Below, one piece after another: positions 49,992 through 60,291 of a DNA stretch of 64,000 bases. Numbering within the stretch: position 1 is the first letter of the stretch; each line of letters starts with the position of its first letter. The notes beneath the pieces are model-generated. The model was given only the letters and a program-made list of their open reading frames with translations. It had not been told where the DNA came from and searched no databases. The DNA is taken from contig CAVXVB010000004.1 in NCBI GenBank assembly GCA_963765205.1, positions 160,001 to 224,000 of the forward strand. The letters are read 5' to 3'. A program made the translations under genes and the position numbers. Source of the DNA: an uncultured Verrucomicrobiae bacterium (lineage in GTDB: Bacteria > Verrucomicrobiota > Verrucomicrobiia > Opitutales > JABDGR01).

Positions 49992-51114
49992 CTTTCATTC
50001 CGCGCGACCGAATCTTGTCCACGCCGACAGCGAGAACGATGACGACGCCGATGATGATTTCCTGGATGTAGGTGGGCCAGCTCATCTGGACGGTGCCGCT
50101 TCGCAGGGAGGTCATCGTGAGCGCGCCAATGATCGCTCCCCAGATGCTGCCGACTCCGCCGTTAAGGCTGGCGCCGCCAATAACGACAGCGGCGATGACA
50201 TCCAGTTCGAGGCCCTGGCCAACGGTGACGTCGCCTTGGCTCAGGCGGGCGAGGTCGAAGACGCCGGCGAGGCCAATGAAGAATCCTGCAAAGGTGTAAA
50301 CGAGGACTTTAAGCGTGCGGGTGCGCAGGCCGCAGAGGCGCGCGGTGTCTTCATTCGAGCCAAGGGCAAATATGTGGCGGCCAAACACGCTGCGGTTCAA
50401 AACGATGGACATGAGGATGGTAAGCGTGAGTAGGATGATCACACCGATGGGAGGGATCCAGAACGGAATGGCCAAATCGCCCGGGTGCTGTCGGTCCGGC
50501 CCCATGCAATGGCTGAGGAGATTGAAGAGCCAGTCGGGGATGACGGCGGGGAGGCTGAGGCCGGTTTCGCCGGGCTTCCACCACGCCGGAGCGCCGGCGG
50601 CGTGGAGGGAATATGGATTGTTCATCAAGGCGTTGACGCCTTCGACACGCGCAAGGTTGTAATTGACGGTTTGGTTGTCACCAATCCATTTCGCGAGGCC
50701 GCGCATCGCACCCATGGCCCCGAGAGTGACGATAAAGGGCATCATTTTGAATCGCGCAATGATGGTCCCGTTGACCGCGCCGACCAGCCCGCCGACGGCC
50801 ACGGCGGCCGCGACGGCGACCCAGGATGAATGTCCGGCCCGCAAGAGCACCGCCGCGATGACGCCCGTGAGCGCGACCACTGAGCCGGCGCTCAAATCAA
50901 TCCCGCCGGAGACGATGATCATGGTCATGCCCAAGGTGCCGGTGGCAACAACGGTGGTTTGCGTGATGATGAGGCCGATGGTATCCGGCGACAGAAAATT
51001 CGCCTGGGAGTGCCCGTAGATCATCCCCTCAAAGAGCACCAGGACGAAGGTCAAGCCGAAGAGCGGCCCGAGCAGGGGATAGCGTTTCATCCAGGAGAGG
51101 CGGGGAGCGGACAT
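49987..51114 (-). CDS. Sugar ABC transporter permease (RbsC-like)
   Basis: GGIDLSAGS, PFIVTLG, FGRHIFALGSN, ELDVIAAVVIGG. Confidence 0.93.
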   Translation of the reverse strand: MSAPRLSWMKRYPLLGPLFGLTFVLVLFEGMIYGHSQANFLSPDTIGLIITQTTVVATGTLGMTMIIVSGGIDLSAGSVVALTGVIAAVLLRAGHSSWVAVAAAVAVGGLVGAVNGTIIARFKMMPFIVTLGAMGAMRGLAKWIGDNQTVNYNLARVEGVNALMNNPYSLHAAGAPAWWKPGETGLSLPAVIPDWLFNLLSHCMGPDRQHPGDLAIPFWIPPIGVIILLTLTILMSIVLNRSVFGRHIFALGSNEDTARLCGLRTRTLKVLVYTFAGFFIGLAGVFDLARLSQGDVTVGQGLELDVIAAVVIGGASLNGGVGSIWGAIIGALTMTSLRSGTVQMSWPTYIQEIIIGVVIVLAVGVDKIRSRGMKG

Positions 51115-51121
51115 GGGAGGG

Positions 51122-51250
51122 GAATTAAGAAATATGAGTTAAGAATTAAGAAGTAAAGCCGAGGGCAAAGCAGGCGCAAATTCGAGTTTTGAGTTTCGAG
51201 TTGGGGGTAAAGAATCTGAAATTTTAAATCTGAAATTTCAGATTTCGGAA
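51122..51250. repeat. Compound heptamer arrays inside the ABC operon
   Basis: GAATTAA GAAATAT GAGTTAA GAATTAA; TTCGAGT TTTGAGT TTCGAGT; palindromic AATCTGAAATTTCAGATT. Confidence 0.75.
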
Positions 51251-51283
51251 AATGCGGGGGTAAAACATCGGGAATGCAACGAG

Positions 51284-52795
51284 TTAATTATTCTGCTCGT
51301 TGGGTTCGGTCGCGTCGCGGCCCAGCGCGGCGGTGAGCAGACTGTGCTCGGTCCATTCCTCCCGCGGGTGCATGGCGACCAGTTCGCCGCGGCACATGAC
51401 GCCGATGGTGTCGCACATGCCAAGCAACTCGGGCAAATAGGAACTAACCATGACGATGGCTTTGCCGGCCAGGGCAGTGTCAAGCATTTGGCGATACAGC
51501 ACGGCCTTGGCGCCGACATCAATGCCGCGCGTCGGCTCATCAAGCAAAAACACGTCGGCCTGCTGGTGGAGCAGACGGCCAAAGGCGATTTTTTGCTGAT
51601 TCCCGCCGGACAGGGTGCCGACCAGCTGGCGCGCGGATTGCGCGCGCACATCGAGGCGCTGAATGAGGTCGCGCGCGACGGCGAGTTGCTTTGTGCGAGA
51701 GACAAAGCCGCCTTTGGCGAGCACGTCAAGGCGCGAGAGCGTGAGATTGTCCGCGAGATCGCGGTTGAGCAGGAGGCCTTCCTCCTTGCGATTTTCGGAC
51801 AGCAACCCAAGGCCAGCGGCGAGGCTGCGGCCCGGCGCGCCAAGCGCCAGCGTCTTTCCTTCCACCACGACCTTGCCTGCGGCGGCCTGATCCAAGCCGA
51901 AAATGGAGCGCAAAATCTCCGTGCGGCCGGAGCCGATGAGGCCAGCGAGGCCAAAAATTTCTCCGCGGCGGACCGCGAAGGAAACACCCTGTGGCTTGCC
52001 ATGCGGGCCATCCAAGCCTTGGACGGTGAGCAGGGGTTCGCCGAGCGGGCGCGGCGCGCGGGGATAAAGTTCAGTCACTTCTCGGCCGACCATAAGGCGG
52101 ATGATGCCCGCGTCGTCAATCCGGCTAAGTTTGCCGCCACCCACCGATTTGCCGTCGCGCAGGACAAGGTAACTTTTGGCGACGGCGCGACATTCTTCGA
52201 GGAAGTGGCTGATGTAGATGAGGGCGACGCCCTGCTCCGCAAGTCGGGCGATGATACCAAAGAGGGTTTCGACATCGTGGCTGCCCAGGCTGCTGGTCGG
52301 CTCGTCGAGGATGACAACGCGCGCGCCGCTGGCGCAGGCCCGGGCGATCTCGACAATCTGTTGCTCGGCGATGGAGAGGGCGCGCACCGGCACATTGAGC
52401 GGCAGGTGCGGGTGGTTGACCATCGCCAGAGCCTTTTGCGCGAGTTCGCGGCGCCGGCGGCGGTTGATGAAGCCGCCGCGGGCCGGTTCGCGCCCAAGAA
52501 GGAGATTTTCCTCCGCATTCAGGTGCGGCGCGAGCGTCAACTCTTGATATATCATCGCGACGCCGGCATCGCTGGATTGGCGCGGCTCGCGCGGGGCGAA
52601 GGGATGGCCGTCCAGCTCCATCAAGCCCTGGTCCGGGGCGTGCGCGCCGGAAATGACCTTCATCAGCGTGCTCTTGCCCGCGCCATTTTCGCCGATGACG
52701 GCGAGCACTTCCCCAGCCCGCGCCTCAAGATCCACGCCGGCGAGGGCGCGGGTGGCGCCGAAGCTTTTTTCGATGCCGCGCAGCCGCAGGCGCAT
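51284..52795 (-). CDS. Sugar ABC transporter ATP-binding protein (RbsA-like, two NBDs)
   Basis: GENGAGKST, LDEPT, LSGGNQQK, DEPTRGIDVGAK. Confidence 0.95.
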   Translation of the reverse strand: MRLRLRGIEKSFGATRALAGVDLEARAGEVLAVIGENGAGKSTLMKVISGAHAPDQGLMELDGHPFAPREPRQSSDAGVAMIYQELTLAPHLNAEENLLLGREPARGGFINRRRRRELAQKALAMVNHPHLPLNVPVRALSIAEQQIVEIARACASGARVVILDEPTSSLGSHDVETLFGIIARLAEQGVALIYISHFLEECRAVAKSYLVLRDGKSVGGGKLSRIDDAGIIRLMVGREVTELYPRAPRPLGEPLLTVQGLDGPHGKPQGVSFAVRRGEIFGLAGLIGSGRTEILRSIFGLDQAAAGKVVVEGKTLALGAPGRSLAAGLGLLSENRKEEGLLLNRDLADNLTLSRLDVLAKGGFVSRTKQLAVARDLIQRLDVRAQSARQLVGTLSGGNQQKIAFGRLLHQQADVFLLDEPTRGIDVGAKAVLYRQMLDTALAGKAIVMVSSYLPELLGMCDTIGVMCRGELVAMHPREEWTEHSLLTAALGRDATEPNEQNN

Positions 52796-52809
52796 GGGGG
52801 GGTGGGGAT

Positions 52810-53910
52810 TTATTGCTGGACGGTATTGTCGAGCAGGGCTTTGATGGCAGGGTCGGTTTGGTTGTCCTTGCGCAGGACGACGGTGCCGGTGTCCACGTTG
52901 GCGGGGACGTTCAGACCGGCGAGGTGGGCGAGCATGGTTTTGACGCCGAGGTAACCCATTTGGTAGGGATACTGGAGGACGATGGCGCCGAGTTCGCCGT
53001 TTTGGAGGCCGGCCATGTTGGCTTTGTCACCGTCGAAGCCGACGAATTTGACTTTGCCGGCGAGTTTGACGTTTTCAAGAGCGAGCAACATACCGTTGGT
53101 GCTGGGTTCATTAGGCTCGAAGATGCCGTCCACCTGGCCCTTAAAAGTGTTGAGGAGGTCGCCGCCCTTGGAAAGGGAATCGGACGCATCACCACCACCG
53201 CCCGCGTAATTGTCGGATGAGAGGACTTTAAGGCCGGGATGTTTTTTAACTTCGTCAAGAAAGCCATCTTCGCGGTCGTTGGTGCTGGCGGAGCCGGCCA
53301 GGAAGCGCATCATAATGACGTTGCCTTTGTCGCCGAGTTCCTTGGCGAGTTCCTGTCCGGCGAGGATGCCGGCGCTGCGGTTGTTGGTGCCAACGAAGGC
53401 GACAATGTCCTGGTAGTCGAGTGCGGAGTCCACGATGACGAGAGGGATGCCGGCATGGCGGGCTTTGTCGGCCGGAGTGACGAGGGCCTTAAAGTCCATC
53501 GGCGCCAGGATGATGCCGTCGAGCTTTTGGGCGATGTAAGTTTCGACGAGCGCGACTTGGGCCGGGCGGTCGGATTCGTTGGGCGGGCCGTTCCAATCCA
53601 CCGTGAGGTTGATGCCAGCGGCTTGCGCCTCTTCTTGGGCGACATCCAGACCCTTTTTCACGGATTTCCAGTAAACATTTTCCATGCCTTTGGGTATGAA
53701 GGCCAGGTGAATGGTCTTGCCCTTGAGGGAGGAAAGATCGGCCTTGGCCGGATCCACAGTCGGGCCGGCAGGCGTGGCCGACGGTGCGGGCGCGGCTGAC
53801 GAGGCGGCGGACGAGCCATTGGATGAATTCGATTGGCCGCAGGCGGCCAAGAGCAAAGCCAAGGCGGCCAGCAGCGTGGAGCGGAAACGGAACGAAGCAG
53901 GGGATTTCAT
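52810..53910 (-). CDS. Sugar ABC transporter substrate-binding lipoprotein
   Basis: Lipobox LAAC; IPKG...YW, VGTNN, REDGF, VGFD, QYPYQMG; ATG at 53910. Confidence 0.92.
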   Translation of the reverse strand: MKSPASFRFRSTLLAALALLLAACGQSNSSNGSSAASSAAPAPSATPAGPTVDPAKADLSSLKGKTIHLAFIPKGMENVYWKSVKKGLDVAQEEAQAAGINLTVDWNGPPNESDRPAQVALVETYIAQKLDGIILAPMDFKALVTPADKARHAGIPLVIVDSALDYQDIVAFVGTNNRSAGILAGQELAKELGDKGNVIMMRFLAGSASTNDREDGFLDEVKKHPGLKVLSSDNYAGGGGDASDSLSKGGDLLNTFKGQVDGIFEPNEPSTNGMLLALENVKLAGKVKFVGFDGDKANMAGLQNGELGAIVLQYPYQMGYLGVKTMLAHLAGLNVPANVDTGTVVLRKDNQTDPAIKALLDNTVQQ

Positions 53911-54025
53911 GGGGTAAAGAAAGGGGTGGGCGGAAGGGGCCTGCACGGGTGAGCCACGTATGAGGCCACACGCGCCGCGAGGTGTCAAACCCTTAGCCAC
54001 ACGACTCCTCCCGGTGCAAAACTGG

Positions 54026-54334
54026 TTACGGTTTGTCGTCCACCGGCTTGTTGCGCTCGGCCTGCCAGCGGGCGCGCTGCCAGCGCATCGAGAAAAAGTC
54101 CCAGCCATCGGCGATGAGGCGCGCCGAGCCAACCAAACAATACAGCAGGACCACCAAGGCAGCGGCCAGCGCCCAGAACATGAAGGCCGGCGAACCCAGA
54201 GCAACAACCGAGCAAACGGCCACGGCGGAAACAATCACTGTGTAACGCAGCCGCCGCACTTCGAGGCGCACCTTGCGCACTTGCCGCGCAACTTCCTCAT
54301 ATTCCGGGGGCATGGGAGGTGGGGGCGGGGGCAT
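54026..54334 (-). CDS. Small hypothetical membrane protein (coiled coil plus 2 TM)
   Basis: 102-aa ORF co-oriented with neighbours. Confidence 0.55.
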   Translation of the reverse strand: MPPPPPPMPPEYEEVARQVRKVRLEVRRLRYTVIVSAVAVCSVVALGSPAFMFWALAAALVVLLYCLVGSARLIADGWDFFSMRWQRARWQAERNKPVDDKP

Positions 54335-54362
54335 ATTGGAAAAGGGGTTCGGGATGGTGGTC

Positions 54363-54602
54363 TTACTTAATGTCTTCGACCGGGGGCCTGGGCGGCTTCG
54401 GAAACGAAGCCATCCGGCCGACAGCGTGCAGCACTTCAGCCATCAAACCAATGAACGCCACGACGATGATTGCGCCAAAGCCCAGCCACGGGAAAAGAGC
54501 CAAGCCCAGCAGGGCCATGATCATAATCTCGCGCTGCTGCCGAAGTTCCTTCCGCAGCTCGCGCACCTGGGTGATCAGTTCCTGGGATTCGAGGTTTGTC
54601 AT
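54363..54602 (-). CDS. Small hypothetical membrane protein (coiled coil plus 2 TM)
   Basis: MTNLESQELITQVRELRKELRQQR followed by a hydrophobic hairpin. Confidence 0.55.
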   Translation of the reverse strand: MTNLESQELITQVRELRKELRQQREIMIMALLGLALFPWLGFGAIIVVAFIGLMAEVLHAVGRMASFPKPPRPPVEDIK

Positions 54603-54696
54603 GGAGGTAACATAGACCGACCACCTAACGCCGCAAGCCATAATTCTTCATCTTTGCCCATGCATCCTTGCGGCTGAGGTGGATGGGGAAGCCCCA

Positions 54697-57033
54697 TCAG
54701 GGAGCAACGTGGTCGCGCGCCCGGCAAAGGGACCGCAGAAACAAACCCGACCAGACCAGCGCCGCCAAAAGAGAAATCAGGAGGCCATGGCGAAACGACG
54801 GCGGCGCGTATTCGACGAGTAAATGGTGATGCCCGGCGGCAAGGGGAATCGCGCGGACGATGTAATCCGCCGGGAGTATTTCATAGCTGGCCTGCGCACT
54901 GCCCGGCAGCGCGCGGGCGCACCAGTCGCGGCTATACAGATCGGTGATGAGCAGCAGGGCGGGCGCGGGCGTGTCCGCCTCAATGGTCAGCGAATCGCTG
55001 GTCGAATCGGTCAGGCGGGCGGCGCCGGGCGGGGCCTGCGGTTGGGGACGTGGAACAGGCTCGCTTTCGAGGAGCACGGTTTTACGCGCATCGAAGTCCG
55101 CTTTCATCAGAGCCGCCAGAATGGCGGCGCGCCCGGACAGCACCTGGTAATTCGAGACCAGCAGCACATGGGGCAGCACCGCGGGCGTCTCGATGATTTG
55201 ATAATACCCTGTCTGCGGCCAGAAGGCCACGCGCAGCCGCAGCAGGGCGTAAATCGGCGGCAAGGAAAAGAACGAGGTGAATTCCGGCGGCTGGTCGGGA
55301 TCCTGGCCCTGGCTAAAATTGATGAACTCGGCATAACGCTTCAATCCGGTTGGGTTGGCGCCCCAGATATCGGATTTGCCAAGAAAATAGCCGTTGTTCG
55401 GCCACATGAAGTTGAGCACGCGGTAATCACCGGGTCGGGCCGCGAGGTAGGCGCTCACTTCCGCCGGCTCAGTAATAACCAGATTCTTGGCGTCAAGATT
55501 CTCATAGGCAAACCAACCCAGCTCCCCCAGCAGCAGCGCCACGGGCAGCCAGCGCCAGGGCGCCCAGCGCCGGGCCAGGAGCAAGCCGGCCGCCGCCAGC
55601 AGAAAAATCACGCCGGCCAGCGCCACCGCCTGCCCCGTTTGCACTCCGCAAGTGTGGATAAGTTGCGGGTCCGTGATGCTGGTTTCCTGAATGCCGTAGC
55701 TGGCTTGCCGGTTCTGCACGAATTGAAGCAACCCGGCAAAAAGCGAGGGCTGCCGCCAGATATCCATACCCACGCCCACCGCCACAATCCCCGCCAGTAA
55801 CAACACCCCGGCGAAAACCTTGCTCCCCGGCCGCCGGCGGATAAGGGCGTCGGCGCCAGCGCCGATAATCAGCGCCCCGAAAAGCAGCACAGGGAAAACC
55901 AACCGCCCGGGAACCCGAAACTTGTCAAAGCCGGGAACATAATCATAGAAAAAACGCAGGAGCGGCGTTTGATCGCCGAGGGCCAGCAAAAACATCGGGA
56001 GCATGACCAGCAAGTCCGCCCACGCGCCGCGGCGGCGCTCCCGGTCCCCGAGGGCGAGTCCCGCCAGCGCCAGGCCGGCGGCCCCGGCAAAGGCGGACGA
56101 CTCCCAAAGATAGCCGCGTCCCCAATAGGTGTGGTTGCTCAAATGGCCAAAAAAGCCCGGCGCAAAGAGCATCAGTAAATTCTCCACGGGAAAGGGAAAA
56201 GTGCGGACCAGGCTGAAATCCACTTTGCCCTGCCGGAAGCCCTCGGTCGCGGCCGCCAAACCAGGCAAAAGTTGCGCCGCCGCCATCGCCGCGCCGCCCA
56301 GGAAGACAGCTCCCGCGAGCGGCAAAGCGCGGCGGCGGATGGCGGGATCCAGCGCCGAATACACGAGCGCCTGCAGCCCGGCGGCGAAGGCCGTGTAAAA
56401 GACAAATTGCGGGTGTCCGCCCAAAATTTGCAGGCCAACGGCGGCCATCCCCAACAGCAGCGGTCGCAGAACCGGGCCGCGCCAGGCCTTTTCCAGCGCC
56501 AGAAAAATCCATGGCGCCCACGCCATGGTGCAGACCACGGATAGATGCCCGGCATACAAACGCGTAAAAACCGGCGCATTCAACACTACAAAGAATCCGC
56601 ACAGCGCGCAGGCGGCCGGACGGTAGCCGTGCCACTTCGCCCAAAATCCCATCCCCCACCCCAAGATTAACAGATGCAGCAGGAAGCAGAGGTTGACGGC
56701 CCGCGCGAGGGGCAAAAATATAAAAATGAGGTTGGGTGGATAAAGCTCCGCCGATTGAAAATCACCCAGAAACGGCCCGCCCGAAAACGTGTAGGGATTC
56801 CACAACGGCAGATGGCCCCCTTGAATGCTCTCGGCGGCGAAGGCCCGCCAGGGGGCGAAGAGGCTCACCAGATCCACGCCCGACCCTGTCCCGGAAAGCA
56901 CCAAATTCTCCGGCAGCGCAAAAACCAGCGCCACCACCACCGCCACACTCAGCAGGACGAGCAGCCGCAGCCTCTGGAAGGGAATTATTTCTGTCGGGCG
57001 CGCCGGGACGAACGTCTCACACAAGTCGGGCAT
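54697..57033 (-). CDS. YfhO-like GT-C membrane protein
   Basis: GHLPLWNPY.FSG.PF...LYP, GHPQF, AAAQLLP, KFRVPGR, C-terminal LLITD.Y..DW.A...G.H. Confidence 0.85.
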   Translation of the reverse strand: MPDLCETFVPARPTEIIPFQRLRLLVLLSVAVVVALVFALPENLVLSGTGSGVDLVSLFAPWRAFAAESIQGGHLPLWNPYTFSGGPFLGDFQSAELYPPNLIFIFLPLARAVNLCFLLHLLILGWGMGFWAKWHGYRPAACALCGFFVVLNAPVFTRLYAGHLSVVCTMAWAPWIFLALEKAWRGPVLRPLLLGMAAVGLQILGGHPQFVFYTAFAAGLQALVYSALDPAIRRRALPLAGAVFLGGAAMAAAQLLPGLAAATEGFRQGKVDFSLVRTFPFPVENLLMLFAPGFFGHLSNHTYWGRGYLWESSAFAGAAGLALAGLALGDRERRRGAWADLLVMLPMFLLALGDQTPLLRFFYDYVPGFDKFRVPGRLVFPVLLFGALIIGAGADALIRRRPGSKVFAGVLLLAGIVAVGVGMDIWRQPSLFAGLLQFVQNRQASYGIQETSITDPQLIHTCGVQTGQAVALAGVIFLLAAAGLLLARRWAPWRWLPVALLLGELGWFAYENLDAKNLVITEPAEVSAYLAARPGDYRVLNFMWPNNGYFLGKSDIWGANPTGLKRYAEFINFSQGQDPDQPPEFTSFFSLPPIYALLRLRVAFWPQTGYYQIIETPAVLPHVLLVSNYQVLSGRAAILAALMKADFDARKTVLLESEPVPRPQPQAPPGAARLTDSTSDSLTIEADTPAPALLLITDLYSRDWCARALPGSAQASYEILPADYIVRAIPLAAGHHHLLVEYAPPSFRHGLLISLLAALVWSGLFLRSLCRARDHVAP

Positions 57034-57121
57034 GGGCGGGACGATGCCTACCATCAAACCTTGGGGAAACTCAACTTATTATCGGCCAAGCGGGCGGTTG
57101 CTGGCGGAGCCGGCGGGGGGG

Positions 57122-57457
57122 TTACTTCATCTTCGCCAGTGCTTCCTCGCGGCTCGCGTAGATGGGGAAGATGCTGGTGAAGCCGGAAATTTCAAAAACC
57201 TGGCGGACGGTGGGCGCGAGCGAGGCCAGCGCAATGGCTCCACCGAGTTTTTTGAATAGTTTGGCGCCGGACAGGAGCACGCGCAGGCCCGCGCTGGAAA
57301 TGTAATCGAGTTCCTTCACATCCACCAGCACCCTGGCCTGGCCTTTACCCGCGAGCGCATTCAACTCGGTTTCGAGCTGGCCATGGGTGTTGATGTCCAG
57401 CCGGCCCTTGAGGCTGACTATGACAACGTTGTTGATGCTTTCGGTGCGGATTTCCAC
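57122..57457 (-). CDS. STAS-domain anti-sigma factor antagonist
   Basis: LKGRLD, LDYISSAGLRVLL, VFEISGF; start uncertain (GTG 57457 or TTG 57520). Confidence 0.9.
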   Translation of the reverse strand: MEIRTESINNVVIVSLKGRLDINTHGQLETELNALAGKGQARVLVDVKELDYISSAGLRVLLSGAKLFKKLGGAIALASLAPTVRQVFEISGFTSIFPIYASREEALAKMK

Positions 57458-57584
57458 GGCGGTGGGCGGCTGGGGTTGGGACGCGGAGGTCTTTTTCGCT
57501 GACGAGCGGGAGATTGGCAAGCGGAAAGGGAGGGGGGCGCAGGGGCAGAGGGCACAGGGCGAAGAACGCAGGAATGCCCAAAAG

Positions 57585-57971
57585 TCAGTTTTGCTTGGCG
57601 GGGGATTTGAGTTTCGAAATAAGGCTGGACAGCATCCTTTCAATTTCTCGGGCCGCATAGCCAAATTCATCAAATTGAGTTGGCTCCAAGTATCCCAAGT
57701 TGCGGACGATTTCCAGTTGGGTTTGCAATTCGAACAGCGAACCGGCGGCAGTTTGCAAAAAGCGCACGTAGTCCGGCATAGAGTAACGGCCAAATCCCTC
57801 CGCGATATTTGACGGAATCGAGATCGCCGCCCGTCGAATTTGCGAGGTCAGCGTGTAAACTTCCTCTTTTGGAAAGGGCTGGGTCAAAGCATATGCCTAG
57901 GTCACCAAGGCCATCGCTTTTTGCCAGACCAGCAAATCCCGATAGGTGCGAATGGGCAATTTTGCATTCAT
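57585..57971 (-). pseudogene. Four-helix-bundle protein (23S rRNA IVS / Avd-like family) with in-frame TAG at 57897-57899
   Basis: MNAKLPIRTYRDLLVWQKAMALVT*AYALTQPFPKEEVYTLTSQIRRAAISIPSNIAEGFGR...GSLFELQTQL. Confidence 0.88.
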
Positions 57972-57978
57972 AAAGTTT

Positions 57979-58588
57979 CGGAACTATGCATTTAACAAAC
58001 CTAACCTTGCTCTCATTGGGCTTAGGAAGCGAGTGCATCAAGCAGCAAATTCAATCCCATGCGTCCTTTGAAATTCTGCGCTTCTCCCATACGCATCCAA
58101 AAATACGGCCTTGTCGCCCCTTCCTCGCGGAGTTTTTTCATGCACCTTACGACCGTCTTGGATGGGATGAAAAACACTTCTGGTAGATTTTCGCTAGCAG
58201 GCCAATCATTGAGCCAAACAAAGGCATACCATAGATTCTTGTCGCCGCGCTCTGTTGCAGCCCAAGAGGTAAACCAAACATATACTTCCCCTTCGTCGTT
58301 CGTATTTCTTTTGGATTGGGTGCCGGTCTTTACTTGCACGCGAATAGCGTGACCACCTTTCAATTTTGCAACGAGTAAATCACAACCCGGCATTCCACCG
58401 CGAGGCATCGCAACTATAAGCCTGCGGCCCGAAAGGTAGGCCACAATGTAATGTTCGCCGCACACGCCGATAATTGAGGTGTTTTGCTTTGCAACGGCAA
58501 AGATAGTTGGCCCCACACTTGGCTGAGTCAAACGCTTAAAATCCGTGATGGCATATTCTCAACGAGGTTTGTGAGGCGCACAGTTCCG
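57979..58588. repeat. 24-bp inverted repeats (57979-58002 and 58565-58588) flanking the nuclease-like gene
   Basis: CGGAACTATGCATTTAACAAACCT vs reverse complement CGGAACTGTGCGCCTCACAAACCT, 19/24 identical. Confidence 0.7.
58022..58531 (-). CDS. Putative PD-(D/E)XK restriction-endonuclease-fold protein
   Basis: GVCGEHYIVAYL...PGCDLLV...IRVQVKT pattern (E...D...QxK); start uncertain. Confidence 0.65.
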   Translation of the reverse strand: MTQPSVGPTIFAVAKQNTSIIGVCGEHYIVAYLSGRRLIVAMPRGGMPGCDLLVAKLKGGHAIRVQVKTGTQSKRNTNDEGEVYVWFTSWAATERGDKNLWYAFVWLNDWPASENLPEVFFIPSKTVVRCMKKLREEGATRPYFWMRMGEAQNFKGRMGLNLLLDALAS

Positions 58589-58655
58589 CAAAGGTTGACA
58601 ATGGTTGGATGATATATGTCCCTTCGCCCTCTGCCCCTTCGCCCTGCGCCCTCCC

Positions 58656-60200
58656 TCACTCCCACTCAATCGTCGCCGGGGGCTTGGACGAGATGTCGAG
58701 CACGACGCGGCTGACCCCGCGGACTTCGTTGGTGATGCGCGTCGAGATTTGCTGGAGCAGGTCGTGCGGCAGGCGCGTCCAGTCGGCCGTCATGGCGTCA
58801 ATGCTTTCGACGATCCGCAGGGCGATGACCCAAGCGTAATTGCGCTCGTCACCGACCACGCCGACAGATTTTACGGGGAGGAACACACAGAAGGATTGCC
58901 AGACTTTCCAATACCAGCCGGAACGCATCATTTCATCGTGCAGGATGGCGTCGGCCTGGCGGAGGATGGCGAGCTTGTCGCGGCTGATTTCGCCGAGAAC
59001 GCGTACGCCCAGGCCGGGGCCGGGGAAGGGTTGGCGCCAGACGACTTCGCGCGGCAGGCCGAGTTTGGCGCCGACTTCGCGCACCTCGTCCTTGAACAGT
59101 TCGCGCAGCGGCTCGACGAGTTTGAGCCTCATGCGCGCGGGCAGGCCGCCGACGTTGTGGTGGCTTTTGATGACGGCGGCGGGGTTGTTGCCGATGGAGA
59201 CAGATTCGATCACATCGGGATACAGCGTGCCCTGCGCGAGAAAATCGGCGTGCCCGATGGACTTGAGCGATTTCTCAAAGACGGTGATGAACGTGCGGCC
59301 GATGATCTTGCGCTTCGCCTCCGGCTCGCTGACGCCCTTGAGCTTGCGTAGGAACAGGTCGCCGGCGTCGGCCACGCGCAGGTCAATGTGGAAATGTTTT
59401 TTATAAAGGTCCACCACGGCTTCGCGTTCCCCCTGGCGCAACAGGCCGTTGTCCACAAAGACACAAACCAGTTGGCGGCCGATGGCTTTGTGGAGCAGCG
59501 CGGCGGCGACCGAGGAATCCACCCCGCCGCTAAGGCCGAGCAGGACGCGGCTGGAGCCGACCTGGGTACGGATGTCGCGCACGGCTTGTTCAATGAATTC
59601 GCCCATCGTCCAGTTGCGGCGGGCGTGGCAGACACCGAAGAGGAAATTTTTGTAAACTTCAATACCGCGTTCGGTGTGGGAAACTTCGGGGTGAAACTGG
59701 ATGCCGTAGAAGTTGCGGGCGCGGTCCTCGATGGCGGCGAAGGGCGAATTTTCCGTCGTGCCGATGGCGGCGAACCCGGATGGGAGCTGGCTAAGGCGAT
59801 CGCCGTGCGAATTCCAGACGCGCAATTTTTTGGGCAGGCCAGCGAAAAGGCGGCCAGGTTTCTTAATGGCGAGGGTGCCGTGGCCGTATTCACGGTGGTC
59901 GCTCTGGGCGACGCGACCTCCGAGCAGATGCCCCATCAGCTGGATGCCGTAGCAGATGCCCAGCATCGGGACACCCAGAGTGAAAATGGCCGGGTCGGGC
60001 CGCGGCGCGTCTTTGGCAAACACACTACTGGGGCCGCCGGAGAGGATGAGGCCGATGACGTTCTCGGCGCGCAATTTTTCCGCCGGGGTGGAGTAATGAT
60101 AAATTTTCGAGTAAACCTTGCATTCGCGGATGCGCCGCGCGATCACTTGCGTGTATTGCGAGCCGAAGTCGAGAACGGCAATGGTGGCCGGAGCAGACAT
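58656..60200 (-). CDS. guaA: GMP synthase (glutamine-hydrolysing)
   Basis: [45 protein letters not shown]. Confidence 0.98.
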   Translation of the reverse strand: MSAPATIAVLDFGSQYTQVIARRIRECKVYSKIYHYSTPAEKLRAENVIGLILSGGPSSVFAKDAPRPDPAIFTLGVPMLGICYGIQLMGHLLGGRVAQSDHREYGHGTLAIKKPGRLFAGLPKKLRVWNSHGDRLSQLPSGFAAIGTTENSPFAAIEDRARNFYGIQFHPEVSHTERGIEVYKNFLFGVCHARRNWTMGEFIEQAVRDIRTQVGSSRVLLGLSGGVDSSVAAALLHKAIGRQLVCVFVDNGLLRQGEREAVVDLYKKHFHIDLRVADAGDLFLRKLKGVSEPEAKRKIIGRTFITVFEKSLKSIGHADFLAQGTLYPDVIESVSIGNNPAAVIKSHHNVGGLPARMRLKLVEPLRELFKDEVREVGAKLGLPREVVWRQPFPGPGLGVRVLGEISRDKLAILRQADAILHDEMMRSGWYWKVWQSFCVFLPVKSVGVVGDERNYAWVIALRIVESIDAMTADWTRLPHDLLQQISTRITNEVRGVSRVVLDISSKPPATIEWE

Positions 60201-60214
60201 GGGAGAGAGAATAT

Positions 60215-60286
60215 TTACCGCAAAAAAACGCAAACGCGACGCGAGGCCGCCGAGAGGTATTGCGTACTTTGCGTTTTTTGAGGTGA
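60215..60286. repeat. Inverted 9-mer-type array element before guaA
   Basis: ACCGCAAAAAAACGCAAA ... TTGCGTACTTTGCGTTTTTTGAGGT. Confidence 0.7.
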
Positions 60287-60291
60287 AGTAA

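Larger units (their letters stand above)
57528..58655. mobile_element. Cargo cassette bounded by inverted octamer arrays, inserted at the guaA stop
   Basis: GGGAGGGGGGCGCAGGGGCAGAGGGCACAGGGCGAAG (57528-57564) ... GTCCCTTCGCCCTCTGCCCCTTCGCCCTGCGCCCTCCC (to 58655); AT-richer interior with two genes. Confidence 0.6.

Noticed and set aside
57585..57971. Diversity-generating retroelement (Avd-like gene)
   Set aside because: No reverse transcriptase and no TR/VR pair in the window.
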